NCBI GenBank assembly: GCA_038046765.1 | Contig: JBBSVN010000005.1 | Coordinates: 82,490 to 146,489, forward strand | Origin: Candidatus Micrarchaeota archaeon | Lineage (GTDB): Archaea > Micrarchaeota > Micrarchaeia > Anstonellales > Bilamarchaeaceae | Reading direction: 5' to 3' | DNA length: 64,000 nt | Shown: one piece after another, positions 30,572-39,579 of the stretch | Layout: each line of letters starts with the position of its first letter | Position numbering within the stretch: the stretch's first letter is position 1 | Position numbers and translations under genes: made by a program | The notes under the pieces: generated by a model | What the model saw: only the letters and a program-made list of their open reading frames with translations | What the model was told of the DNA's origin: nothing | Database searches by the model: none

Positions 30572-31207
30572 ATGTTACATTCAACCAAAGATTCAAAAGG
30601 TCGGGTAATTATTAGAGAAGCAGATAGAGCAAAATTAATTGACTTGTTAAAAAAATGTGGGTTTAGGAACATTACTGAATCCGGGCCCATATATACTTTC
30701 GAAACAATTGATCCATTTAGAAGTCAAACTGCTGATGGGAAAAATGTTGAAAATGGCACCATACCAGATACGGGATTGGTTTTAACCGGTCGAAAAACTG
30801 AAGGCGGGGAGAAATTATCTTATTTTAGTAGGTTTTCCTTTAGTCGACCGCATGGAGTAATTGATCCAATCGAAGTTTTAATCTCCATTAATAGGTTACC
30901 TTTTAGACTCGCAAGAGAGTATCAATTAAATGACACGCTATATGTAACATATACTCTTCCATTGACTTTTCATACATCTGTAGAAGATTTAAATCTGTCT
31001 AGAGTGCAAGCATTACATCTTATTTATTTGCTTGCGACTCTCTCAGCAGGTGTTTTAGACTTAATTTCTACATCGGACCCATCAGATGTGCAGATAAGAC
31101 GCGCAAACTCACTTATGGACCTCTCTTCTCTTAATTGTAAAATTCGTTTTAAGCATAACATTGATGAAGCTATATTATTATCTAATCAACTTGGCCTTCG
31201 TACTTAA
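30572..31207 (+). CDS. Hypothetical protein
   Basis: 211-aa ORF. Confidence 0.55.
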   Translation: MLHSTKDSKGRVIIREADRAKLIDLLKKCGFRNITESGPIYTFETIDPFRSQTADGKNVENGTIPDTGLVLTGRKTEGGEKLSYFSRFSFSRPHGVIDPIEVLISINRLPFRLAREYQLNDTLYVTYTLPLTFHTSVEDLNLSRVQALHLIYLLATLSAGVLDLISTSDPSDVQIRRANSLMDLSSLNCKIRFKHNIDEAILLSNQLGLRT

Positions 31208-31217
31208 AACTTTAAGC

Positions 31218-31994
31218 CTAACTTTCCTCCTGAAATCTTCTTGCTAAAGTTGTAACTACAGATCTTGGCGTAAGTCTTACAGAAAATGCCAAAAGTTTAT
31301 TTTTAATCCCAGGTATTACAATCGTTTTCCCCGATATTAAACCCGCGTACCCTGCTTCTGCAACCTCTTTAACATCCATTAGTTCCCGGCTTATTTTTGA
31401 TTTCTCCATCTTTGCTGTAGCGGTAAAATTAGACTTAGTCGGACCTGGACAAAGTGCAGTTACAGTAACTCCTGTTCCTTTAAGTTCGTTTGCAATTGCT
31501 TCAGAAAAATGGAGTACGTATGCTTTTGTAGCGTAATACACTGCCATCAAGGGTCCAGGTTGGAATGCTGCGGTTGAGGCGACATTAAGGATCTTCCCAC
31601 TCTTTCGCTCTAGCATCGGTGCTAGAAATAATTTTGTTAAATGCGTGAGAGTTCGTATGTTTAAGTCAATCATTTTTAGTTCGACATCTAGCTTTGCATC
31701 TGCAAATAATCCATAAGTACCAAAGCCAGCATTGTTAATTAGAATATCAATATTAATTGACTCTTTAGATAGTTCGTCAAATATTTCTTGCGGTGAGTTA
31801 TTATCTGATAAATCCTTTGCAATTATCTTGACATTTGTTCCATGCGTTCGTAGTTCTGATGCTACTTTTTCAAGTTGATCAGAACTTCTTGCAACTATTA
31901 CTAAGTCGTAACCTTCTTTAGCAAAAATCTTACTTAATTCGTATCCGATTCCGCTTGATGCGCCAGTAATAAGTACGGTCTTCATCGATTTCAC
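31218..31994 (-). CDS. Short-chain dehydrogenase/reductase
   Basis: TGASSGIG, NNAG and YYATK motifs. Confidence 0.93.
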   Translation of the reverse strand: MKSMKTVLITGASSGIGYELSKIFAKEGYDLVIVARSSDQLEKVASELRTHGTNVKIIAKDLSDNNSPQEIFDELSKESINIDILINNAGFGTYGLFADAKLDVELKMIDLNIRTLTHLTKLFLAPMLERKSGKILNVASTAAFQPGPLMAVYYATKAYVLHFSEAIANELKGTGVTVTALCPGPTKSNFTATAKMEKSKISRELMDVKEVAEAGYAGLISGKTIVIPGIKNKLLAFSVRLTPRSVVTTLARRFQEES

Positions 31995-32725
31995 TTCTTC
32001 TCCAGTAAGCTCGGGTTTTCCAAATATTCAAACTTCTTAGGATCAGAATAAAGTTCAGAAAGTAGGTCCTTTGAATCAATCCCATATCGTTCGTTTAGTT
32101 CTTCGGCAGATAACTCCTCGATCCTATTTATTTTATAATTCGGATTTTTTACAATTCCATTTGTAGTGTAATAAATTGCAGCCCCCTTTTTTTGCTTATA
32201 AGATGCATAATCAGATTGGAATTTGGAAGAAACTAAGTTTGACATAATTAGTTTTTCCTTACCTGTATTCACAGATACATGGCCATAATTAGGTGGCATT
32301 AGTATACAGTCTCCCTTCTTCGCCTTACAAATTATTACATCTACGCTATTTTCTGTGGTTCTTTTCTGTAGTATAAATGCAACTTCGCCTTGCAAAACCT
32401 GATATATTTCCGGATAATCAAATCCTTTTTCAGCTTCCTGGTGGTAGTGCCCATAAGTTTTTACATATTCAATACCGAGCATATTCGGGAGAATTACGGT
32501 AATATCAAATCGTATAGTTTCCTTAGAAGCTGGTGCGCGATACATATAGTATAAAACGGTATCGCTCTTAAGTGTAGTTTCTTTTTTTAAAACAACTTCT
32601 TGCATTGCCTCTACAGTTCTTATACTAGGCTCGATCGTTTTATTATCTGCAAAAAGAATTTTATTCTTTATTTCAAGTTTAACTGGGTTGTCATATAGTT
32701 TTTCCAAGTCCATTTTCAATCGCAT
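31991..32725 (-). CDS. Cupin-type glucose-6-phosphate isomerase family
   Basis: KTYGHYH, PEIY and PPNYGH motifs. Confidence 0.85.
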   Translation of the reverse strand: MRLKMDLEKLYDNPVKLEIKNKILFADNKTIEPSIRTVEAMQEVVLKKETTLKSDTVLYYMYRAPASKETIRFDITVILPNMLGIEYVKTYGHYHQEAEKGFDYPEIYQVLQGEVAFILQKRTTENSVDVIICKAKKGDCILMPPNYGHVSVNTGKEKLIMSNLVSSKFQSDYASYKQKKGAAIYYTTNGIVKNPNYKINRIEELSAEELNERYGIDSKDLLSELYSDPKKFEYLENPSLLEKK

Positions 32726-33107
32726 CTTTCATTTTTTTAAATTCGAATTTTCTTTCAAAAGGTTTTTCTATCTTAAGTCTTTCCTTTTTGAGTTTATGTA
32801 ATACTACCTTGAGGAAATTTAAAAATTCTCTTTTTTCTATTTTGTTTTTATTAAAATCATCTTCAATTGACTTTATTGCCTTAACCATAGCAACAAATAA
32901 TCTTGCCTTATAAAAAGAACTTGCATTTTCATAGTTCTTTAAATTTTCATGAAGTAAATATCGAATATGTGTAAGTTTTTTCTTAAGTCGTCTGGATTCA
33001 AAACCATTTTCATGTATATTTATCTTAAATGAAAGGGTTAAATTTGCAAGAGCTACCCAGTTTTCATTCTCTACTATAAGTAAAAATTCATCATTAAACT
33101 CTTGCAT
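32691..33107 (-). CDS. Hypothetical protein
   Basis: 138-aa ORF in an operon-like run. Confidence 0.5.
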   Translation of the reverse strand: MQEFNDEFLLIVENENWVALANLTLSFKINIHENGFESRRLKKKLTHIRYLLHENLKNYENASSFYKARLFVAMVKAIKSIEDDFNKNKIEKREFLNFLKVVLHKLKKERLKIEKPFERKFEFKKMKDAIENGLGKTI

Positions 33108-33175
33108 GGCATTTCTCCTTGTTTTATCAGTGTATTCTCTTTCCTTTATTCTATTCTTTTTAGCAATTTTTGTTT

Positions 33176-34099
33176 TTATTTCTTAAAATGCCATGTATGG
33201 CAAATTCCGTTTTTGCATAATATATTTTCTACCTGAAACGTCGTATGAGATATGAATAATTCTTTTTTTAACCTTTCGTTAATTGCTTCGACTAATGTCT
33301 TAGTCTTTGAAATTCTTATATCTTCCATTACAATGTGTGCCGTTATGTATCGAATATCGCTACAAATGCTCCATATATGTACATCATGGACATCTTTAAC
33401 CTGTTTAAATCTTTTAATTATTTTTATTACTTTTTCAGGTTGCAGCTCTTTTGGGGCAGATTCCAAAAGAATACTTAATGAATTTCTTATAATATAGTAA
33501 GAACTGCTACCAATAATAAATGCAATTAAAAGGGAAACTACTCCATCGATAATAGTTAAACCTGTAAAATATATTACTACTGCACTAATTAATACACCAA
33601 CTGATGAGAGTGTATCTCCTAATATATGTAGGAATATGCCTTGTATATTGAGATTTTCCTCATTTTTAAGTTGCCATGCCATTATTAGATTTCCAATTAG
33701 TCCTAAGCTGGCTGCCAGAACTATTGGTAATGGACTTATTGGTGCTGGATTTTTTATTCGGTCTATTGCTTCAAAGGCTACAAAAATACCCATTAGTAAC
33801 AAAAGCAGTCCATTAAATAGTGCAGAAAAAACTTCTAGCCTGTGAAAACCGAATGTTCTCCTATCCTCATGTTTTTTTAATGCAAAGTGTAGTGCAATCA
33901 TGCCTACGATTACACTTATTATGTCGCTACTTAAGTGAAATGTATCTCCTAAAAGTGCAAGGCTGTTTGATAAGTAAAATCCAATTGCCTGTATTATTAA
34001 AATTACTATACTAACCGCAAGTGTTATTCTTAGATGTCTTTGTGTTTCTAGTTCTATATGTTTTTCCTCATCCTTAATTCTTATTGCTTTTTTTGGCAT
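33176..34099 (-). CDS. Cation diffusion facilitator (CzcD-like)
   Basis: SLALLGDTFHLSSD, TFGFHRLE, HILGD and VHDVHIW motifs. Confidence 0.92.
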   Translation of the reverse strand: MPKKAIRIKDEEKHIELETQRHLRITLAVSIVILIIQAIGFYLSNSLALLGDTFHLSSDIISVIVGMIALHFALKKHEDRRTFGFHRLEVFSALFNGLLLLLMGIFVAFEAIDRIKNPAPISPLPIVLAASLGLIGNLIMAWQLKNEENLNIQGIFLHILGDTLSSVGVLISAVVIYFTGLTIIDGVVSLLIAFIIGSSSYYIIRNSLSILLESAPKELQPEKVIKIIKRFKQVKDVHDVHIWSICSDIRYITAHIVMEDIRISKTKTLVEAINERLKKELFISHTTFQVENILCKNGICHTWHFKK

Positions 34100-34264
34100 A
34101 TACTTAGCAACTTACTTGATAATTATAAATTTATTCTTACACTATATTATTGGATGATCTGAAACTCCGATGATTGGACCAACTTTGCCAAGCGTCTGAG
34201 GGGTGGATGGGACTGGTAAAATTGCTTAGCTTTTTATTATCTTTTTATCAAATATTTTTATAAT

Positions 34265-34386
34265 AGCCCCATCGTCTAGCGCAATCTTAGAAATAAGCTT
34301 GTGGACAACGGTCAAGGATATCAGGTTCTGGACCTGGGTACACCGGTTCGAAAGATTTTGCAAACTCGAAAATCCGGTTGGGGCTA
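34265..34386 (+). tRNA. tRNA-Gln(CTG) with D-loop 15/16 intron (34280..34308) and T-loop 59/60 intron (34353..34372)
   Basis: AGCCCCA/TGGGGCT, TCAGG-TTCTGGA-CCTGG. BHB helices GTCT/GGAC and TTCG/CGAA. Confidence 0.92.
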
Positions 34387-34540
34387 TTTTCATTTCCAAT
34401 TGAACGAAACGTCGTTCAATGGACTACAAAACGAAAAGTCGTTTTATATGTTCGCAAAAATGAAACGCTAGTAACCCCTTTACTGGTGTTCACTGGATTT
34501 TTTTCAATACTTATAAAAACCCTTATTCTCTAATAATATT

Positions 34541-34729
34541 ATGCAGCTTATCATAAATAACGACAAAAAACAGCTTGAGTTTACTGGTGAAATCCAAAAA
34601 CTTTTAAAGCAGGAAAAAATTCGAAGGGAAGAAGTAGTAATAAAAGTGAATGGAAAACTTGCTCCTGAAACTACGATCGTTGGAGATAAAGATACTGTTG
34701 AAATCATTAAGGTCGTATTCGGTGGCTAA
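34541..34729 (+). CDS. ThiS/MoaD/SAMP ubiquitin-like sulfur carrier
   Basis: VNG and C-terminal VFGG; adjacent to the thiolase. Confidence 0.88.
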   Translation: MQLIINNDKKQLEFTGEIQKLLKQEKIRREEVVIKVNGKLAPETTIVGDKDTVEIIKVVFGG

Positions 34730-34762
34730 TGGCTAAATGCCAAGGGCTAAAAGCTGATTAAT

Positions 34763-35683
34763 ATGCAATGTTCTAAATGCAAATTAGATGCAATAATATA
34801 CTTACCATACTGCAAAACCCATTTTTGTGCAACTCATTTCAATAAAATGTTCGAAAAAAGATTTCGAGCTACGATTCGAACATCTAATCTAATTAAAAAA
34901 GGAGAGCGAATTGCTGTTGCGTTATCTGGAGGTAAGGACAGCGTAGTTTTAATGCACTTGCTTGCTAAATTCCAGAAACTTCTACCTTTTGAATTAGTTG
35001 CGGTTACGATTGATGAAGGGATTGCTAATTATCGGAGTAAAACTTTAGATGTAGCCGAACGAGAAGCAAAAAAATTAGGGATTGAACATAAAGTATTCTC
35101 ATTCAAAAAAGAAACTGACCTCACTCTTGATGAAATAATGGTAAAGAAAAAAGAGTCCATTCCATGCAGTTACTGCGGAGTAATCCGAAGATACATGATT
35201 AATAAAGCGGCTAGGGAAGTTCAAGCAGACAAAGTCGCAGTAGGGCATAACCTGGATGATATTGCTCAAACTGTTTTGATGAACGTAATGAGAAACGAAC
35301 CAATACGCTTAGCCAGATTAGCTGATCCATTAATTGATGATGAAAAATTAATTCCAAGAATTCGTCCGCTTATGCGTTCACCCGAAAAAGAAATTGCTAT
35401 ATATTCGATCGTTAACGGAATTGAAATTCATTTTGATGAGTGTCCCTATGCCAGGCATGCTTTTAGGGCGCACATTCGAGATCAATTAAATGAAACCGAA
35501 GAAAAGTATCCTGGGTCAAAGTTTAAAATTCTAAATAGTTTACTTTCACTACATCCAATTCTACAAAAAGGATTGGAAAATCGAACTTTTGAAATGAAAC
35601 ACTGCAAAATTTGTAAGGAACCTTCTGGACAGGATATTTGCATGTTTTGTAGTATGCTGGAGGATATTAGGAATACGGAATAA
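34763..35683 (+). CDS. tRNA 2-thiolation protein (NcsA/TtuA/Ctu1 family)
   Basis: SGGKDS PP-loop, CSYC, GHNLDD, ECPY and terminal Zn fingers. Confidence 0.9.
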   Translation: MQCSKCKLDAIIYLPYCKTHFCATHFNKMFEKRFRATIRTSNLIKKGERIAVALSGGKDSVVLMHLLAKFQKLLPFELVAVTIDEGIANYRSKTLDVAEREAKKLGIEHKVFSFKKETDLTLDEIMVKKKESIPCSYCGVIRRYMINKAAREVQADKVAVGHNLDDIAQTVLMNVMRNEPIRLARLADPLIDDEKLIPRIRPLMRSPEKEIAIYSIVNGIEIHFDECPYARHAFRAHIRDQLNETEEKYPGSKFKILNSLLSLHPILQKGLENRTFEMKHCKICKEPSGQDICMFCSMLEDIRNTE

Positions 35684-35691
35684 CAGAGTAA

Positions 35692-36102
35692 TTATTTTCT
35701 AAGTAAATTAAGAAGGTCAGTAGTTGTTACAATTTTAACTATATTTTGCTTTTCTTTTAAAGCAGCGTCATAAGTCCATAAACCAGCGCCCAAATACATT
35801 GCGAGTGCTAAAAATGGCCAATCATCAGGATCAGGCGTAAATTTCAAGACTTCTTCTTTGTATTTCATATAATCCTCTTCAGGCACAATTGTGAGTTTAG
35901 AAAAAATAATTGAAAGAATTGTATGAAATTCTTCATCTTTGTACTGCGATTTTTTCATTATTTCATTCTTATGTTTCTCAATTTCATCTCTTACGTACTC
36001 TGGAGCATAGCATACAAATGCACGATTAAAAAGAACTTCTTGAGTTATCGATCGTTTTAGTGCTGCAGAAATGATTACATTTGTGTCTACTACAAGGAGC
36101 AT
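35692..36102 (-). CDS. PIN-domain toxin (VapC-like)
   Basis: VVDTNVIIS, DPDDWPF and WTYD motifs. Confidence 0.85.
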   Translation of the reverse strand: MLLVVDTNVIISAALKRSITQEVLFNRAFVCYAPEYVRDEIEKHKNEIMKKSQYKDEEFHTILSIIFSKLTIVPEEDYMKYKEEVLKFTPDPDDWPFLALAMYLGAGLWTYDAALKEKQNIVKIVTTTDLLNLLRK

Positions 36103-36104
36103 CC

Positions 36105-36335
36105 TTAAGCCTCGTGTCTTTTTCTTACGGCTTCTTTAACTTTTTTTGAAATTTCTTCGATATCTCGATCAGTCGCCTTGCTTTTTGAAGTCAGATCTTT
36201 AAGTAATTCCAATTTATTGATTTGCTCTGCAAATGCTTCTCTAGCTACTTCTGACCAGTTGATTATCTGAAATTCATCCATCTTTGTTTTCATTTCTATT
36301 GGTACCGACACAGTTATGTTAACCATATTCATCAC
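36105..36335 (-). CDS. Putative RHH antitoxin
   Basis: NITVSVP...INWSEVAR; directly upstream of the PIN gene. Confidence 0.8.
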   Translation of the reverse strand: MMNMVNITVSVPIEMKTKMDEFQIINWSEVAREAFAEQINKLELLKDLTSKSKATDRDIEEISKKVKEAVRKRHEA

Positions 36336-36389
36336 ACAGTATTTATGTGTAAAGAATATTTATAATGTTTTGCCTAGAATAAGTAAATT

Positions 36390-36599
36390 TGGACTCGCAG
36401 GGATTTTCAAGCACCGCCCTTTTCAACACCTCGGTTCTACAAGTATCAAAAAGGGCTGTTGTCACCCCAAAACAAGCTATTCCAAGAATCGTTTCTTAGT
36501 AAAACCTGCAATGGTTGACCTTCTAAAAAGAAAAGATGGTCTTTGAACCCTGAGTCTCTGCAATGCGAATGCAGCGCCTTACCGTTTGGCCACGAGCCC
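36390..36599 (-). tRNA. tRNA-Ala(CGC) with ~138-nt T-loop 59/60 intron (36404..36541)
   Basis: GGGCTCG/CGAGTCC with G3.U70, CTGCA-TTCGCAT-TGCAG, CAGGG-TTCAAA|T-CCCTG. BHB helix TTCA/TGAA. Confidence 0.9.
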
Positions 36600-36656
36600 T
36601 ATTGTATAAGTACTTTGTTGCCAAATCTTTTTAATTCACAGTCTCTAAGTCTAATC

Positions 36657-37181
36657 ATGCAATTTCATTACATTCACGGTACTAATTCGCTTGTTTTCAA
36701 AGAAATTTGGCAAATTTATGAAGAATCTTTTCCGCCTGATGAACGAAGAACTTTGGCACAGCAGGAGGAACTTTTTAATCGGAAAAACTATGTTTTACTT
36801 GCAGTCTACAAAGAAAACAAGCTCGTTGGTTTCATTTCAAACTGGGTCTTAGATAGCTTTTGTTTCGTTGAACATGCTGCAATAAAAAAATCGCACCAGG
36901 GCAAAGGATTTGGAACTAAGAGCTTGGCGCTTTACTTAAAGAAAGTAAATAAAACCTTTATTTTGGAAGTAGAGTTGCCCACCAGTCAAATTGCAAGAAA
37001 GCGAATTGATTTCTACAAGAAGCTTGGGTTTAAGTTAAACGATTTCGATTACGTTCAGCCTTCTTATTCTAAATCTAAAAAGAGCGTTCACCTAATGATT
37101 ATGAGTTATCCTAAGGAATTAAAAGGAGATGAATTTGAAGAAATAAAAAAAGAGATTTATAAGAAGATTTATGGGATTTAA
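36657..37181 (+). CDS. GNAT acetyltransferase
   Basis: YEESFPPDERR, QGKGFG and FYKKLGF. The upstream part of the ORF track entry overlaps the tRNA, so start is set at 36657. Confidence 0.88.
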   Translation: MQFHYIHGTNSLVFKEIWQIYEESFPPDERRTLAQQEELFNRKNYVLLAVYKENKLVGFISNWVLDSFCFVEHAAIKKSHQGKGFGTKSLALYLKKVNKTFILEVELPTSQIARKRIDFYKKLGFKLNDFDYVQPSYSKSKKSVHLMIMSYPKELKGDEFEEIKKEIYKKIYGI

Positions 37182-37208
37182 TAATGCAATGTTAAATGAG
37201 GTAAAACT

Positions 37209-37714
37209 ATGGAATATGCCAAAAAGGATATACTGGATTTAACTTTATAAGAATCTTTATTATTGCACTATCCTTATTTCTAATTGGCTTTGGAACCGTA
37301 ATGGCTTATTTTGCTATTCTCACATTAATTGATGTTAATGCACCTCAATTTTTCTCGATTATACTTTTTTCAATTTCTGGATTTTGTATCTGGTGTGGAT
37401 CTCAATTTTTAGGGGGAATAAGTAGAATAATAATAAATGGTAGCGAATTTGAAATAGTCGATCTCATCGGAAGAAAACAGAAAATCTATCTTATATCAAA
37501 AGCTAAGCTTGAGTTATTATCTTCTGGTGGTGATTCTAATTATGTTTATCTCTCTCTACAAATATTTCATTCTAAAGGAGTACTTAAATCAATTTCGATC
37601 AAGAAGTTCGATAACTTTATGAAATTGTTAAAAGATTTAGAACGCATTTCGGGAAAAGAAGTTGAAGGGATTAAATTACTAGATGCAAAAACTGATGAGG
37701 ATTATCTTTTGTGA
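37209..37714 (+). CDS. Hypothetical membrane protein (apparent -1 frameshift after codon 6)
   Basis: ORF 37301..37714 is open upstream with a TM segment but no start. The SD+ATG at 37209 is in another frame. Confidence 0.5.
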
Positions 37715-37783
37715 TTACGGAAATTTTATATATTTCCGCTAATTTCCGCTATTTATCCTCTGTAAAATACAATTGCGGAAAAG

Positions 37784-38413
37784 TTAATCACCATGTCTTC
37801 TCCCTTCAAACCAATCAAACATATCCTGCCTGAGTTTACTTTTTCTTCCATCCGGGTGAGTAAAAACAACACCTTCGACAAAGTGCTTGAATTCTTTGTT
37901 TTCCCTTCCGTTTATCCTATAAGAATAAAGTGGCATAAGTTCCTTGAACCAGTTTGAAATAGTTTCAAAATCTTTTTTGTACTTGCCACTGCTCCAGGAT
38001 TTATACTGTAAATGGTCTTTGCAGTAGGTTTCAAACGGCAACCATAAATGCCCTTTAATGTTGTATGGATTTCCATTTATCTTCTCTCCAATAAGTTCTC
38101 CAAAATGCTGGCCATCTGCAAAGTTTTCCATGTAACCTTTATCATAACTTTCAATTACACCTTTAACTAAATGCATCTGAGTTTTATTAAAAAATGGTAC
38201 AGGGTTTATTCTATTCCATATCGAAGTTACTATTCCGTTTTCCATTACAACACTTACATTTGTTCCATGAATTTTTTCTATTGCCATTACGCTTGGATCA
38301 TTAAATACCCATTCATAACCGGAAGTAACTTCGGGGGTAACTAAATATTCTTCCTTTTCATTCATTTTTCGAACGAACGGGGATTCTAGTTTAGGGAAAT
38401 CGCGTATTTGCAT
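37784..38413 (-). CDS. Putative ATP-dependent RNA ligase (RLIG1/DUF5565-like)
   Basis: EKIHGTN (motif I), GELIGEKINGNPY and EGVVF-HPDGRKSK. Confidence 0.75.
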   Translation of the reverse strand: MQIRDFPKLESPFVRKMNEKEEYLVTPEVTSGYEWVFNDPSVMAIEKIHGTNVSVVMENGIVTSIWNRINPVPFFNKTQMHLVKGVIESYDKGYMENFADGQHFGELIGEKINGNPYNIKGHLWLPFETYCKDHLQYKSWSSGKYKKDFETISNWFKELMPLYSYRINGRENKEFKHFVEGVVFTHPDGRKSKLRQDMFDWFEGRRHGD

Positions 38414-38435
38414 AAAGTCAGCTCGTTACTTTGTA

Positions 38436-39491
38436 TTAATAAATATAAGATTTTCCAAGCATTTTATTAAACCCAAATTTTTTCCTATTCCTCCAGTTCC
38501 CTTTATGGTAAACGTAACTCGCGATTAATGGCAATACGCTTCCTGCTTCAGCATAAACCATCTGCTCGTAAGTAGTATCTACCTTACCCCAGGAACTGGC
38601 TTCTTTTAAAGTAGAACTAGAACACGCTCCATCTCGAACATCAGCTACCGTAATCTGTACTGCATATTTATGCATAGGTACATCTTTTCCTAATATTTCA
38701 GCACAAATAACGGTATCTTGGGCAAAGTTCTTTGGTACCCCTCCACCAATCATGAATAATCCAGAATTTTTAGTTGCCATCTTTACTTTAGTTAACTCGT
38801 GAAAATCTCTAACTGAATCAATTGAAACATACTTTTCTTTTTTCTCCATTCTTCTAACTTGATGAGACACCAGGCCAAATCCAGCGCTTGAATCAGAAAA
38901 TGCAGGACAAAATATCGGGACATTATGTTCGTACGCAGCTTGAACAAGTGAGTTTTTCTTTTTTGCGTGCTTAGTGCACCATTTTCCCATCTCGTAAATA
39001 AATTCACGGGATGAATATGGCCTTGGTTCAAGCGTATCAGCTATTTCACCAATCGTTTTATCACAGTGTTGCAACTCTTCCTCGTCAATATATGTATCAT
39101 AAATTCGATCGATATAATTATCTCTTAAATGGCGATCATCGATAGCAGGTATTCCCTTATAATGGTTAAAACCCAGTGCTTCAAAAAAATCCATATCGAC
39201 TATTGAAGCTCCTGTAGACACAATTGCATCGATCATATTATTTTTTACTAAATCATGGTAAATTTGCATGCAACCTCCAGCACTGGTACTTCCAGCTAAA
39301 GTTAGCATAATCGCGCAGTCATCTTCCTTTACCATCATGTCTAAAATGTCTGCAGCACGGGCAGTATCTCGAGAAGTAAAAGACATATCTCTGTAACTGT
39401 TAATTATCTTTGTAGAATCAAATGAAGTAATATCTACATGTTTTACTTTTTCCTTTAATAAATCCTGTTTTTTACTGGTGTTATTTTCCAT
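38436..39491 (-). CDS. dys: Deoxyhypusine synthase family
   Basis: IDRIYD, PAFSDS, GGGVPKN and EASSWGK motifs. Confidence 0.88.
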   Translation of the reverse strand: MENNTSKKQDLLKEKVKHVDITSFDSTKIINSYRDMSFTSRDTARAADILDMMVKEDDCAIMLTLAGSTSAGGCMQIYHDLVKNNMIDAIVSTGASIVDMDFFEALGFNHYKGIPAIDDRHLRDNYIDRIYDTYIDEEELQHCDKTIGEIADTLEPRPYSSREFIYEMGKWCTKHAKKKNSLVQAAYEHNVPIFCPAFSDSSAGFGLVSHQVRRMEKKEKYVSIDSVRDFHELTKVKMATKNSGLFMIGGGVPKNFAQDTVICAEILGKDVPMHKYAVQITVADVRDGACSSSTLKEASSWGKVDTTYEQMVYAEAGSVLPLIASYVYHKGNWRNRKKFGFNKMLGKSYIY

Positions 39492-39579
39492 AGCTAAGAT
39501 ATTTGTAAGAAAAAAATAAAAATCCAGTAGCTGCGGCTACTAGCTTTTTATTTCAACAAAAATAAAAATCCAGTACAAA

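Noticed and set aside
36316..36656. ORF 36316..36546 and the N-terminal extension of the GNAT ORF
   Set aside because: They overlap tRNA-Ala and its intron on the opposite strand; spurious.
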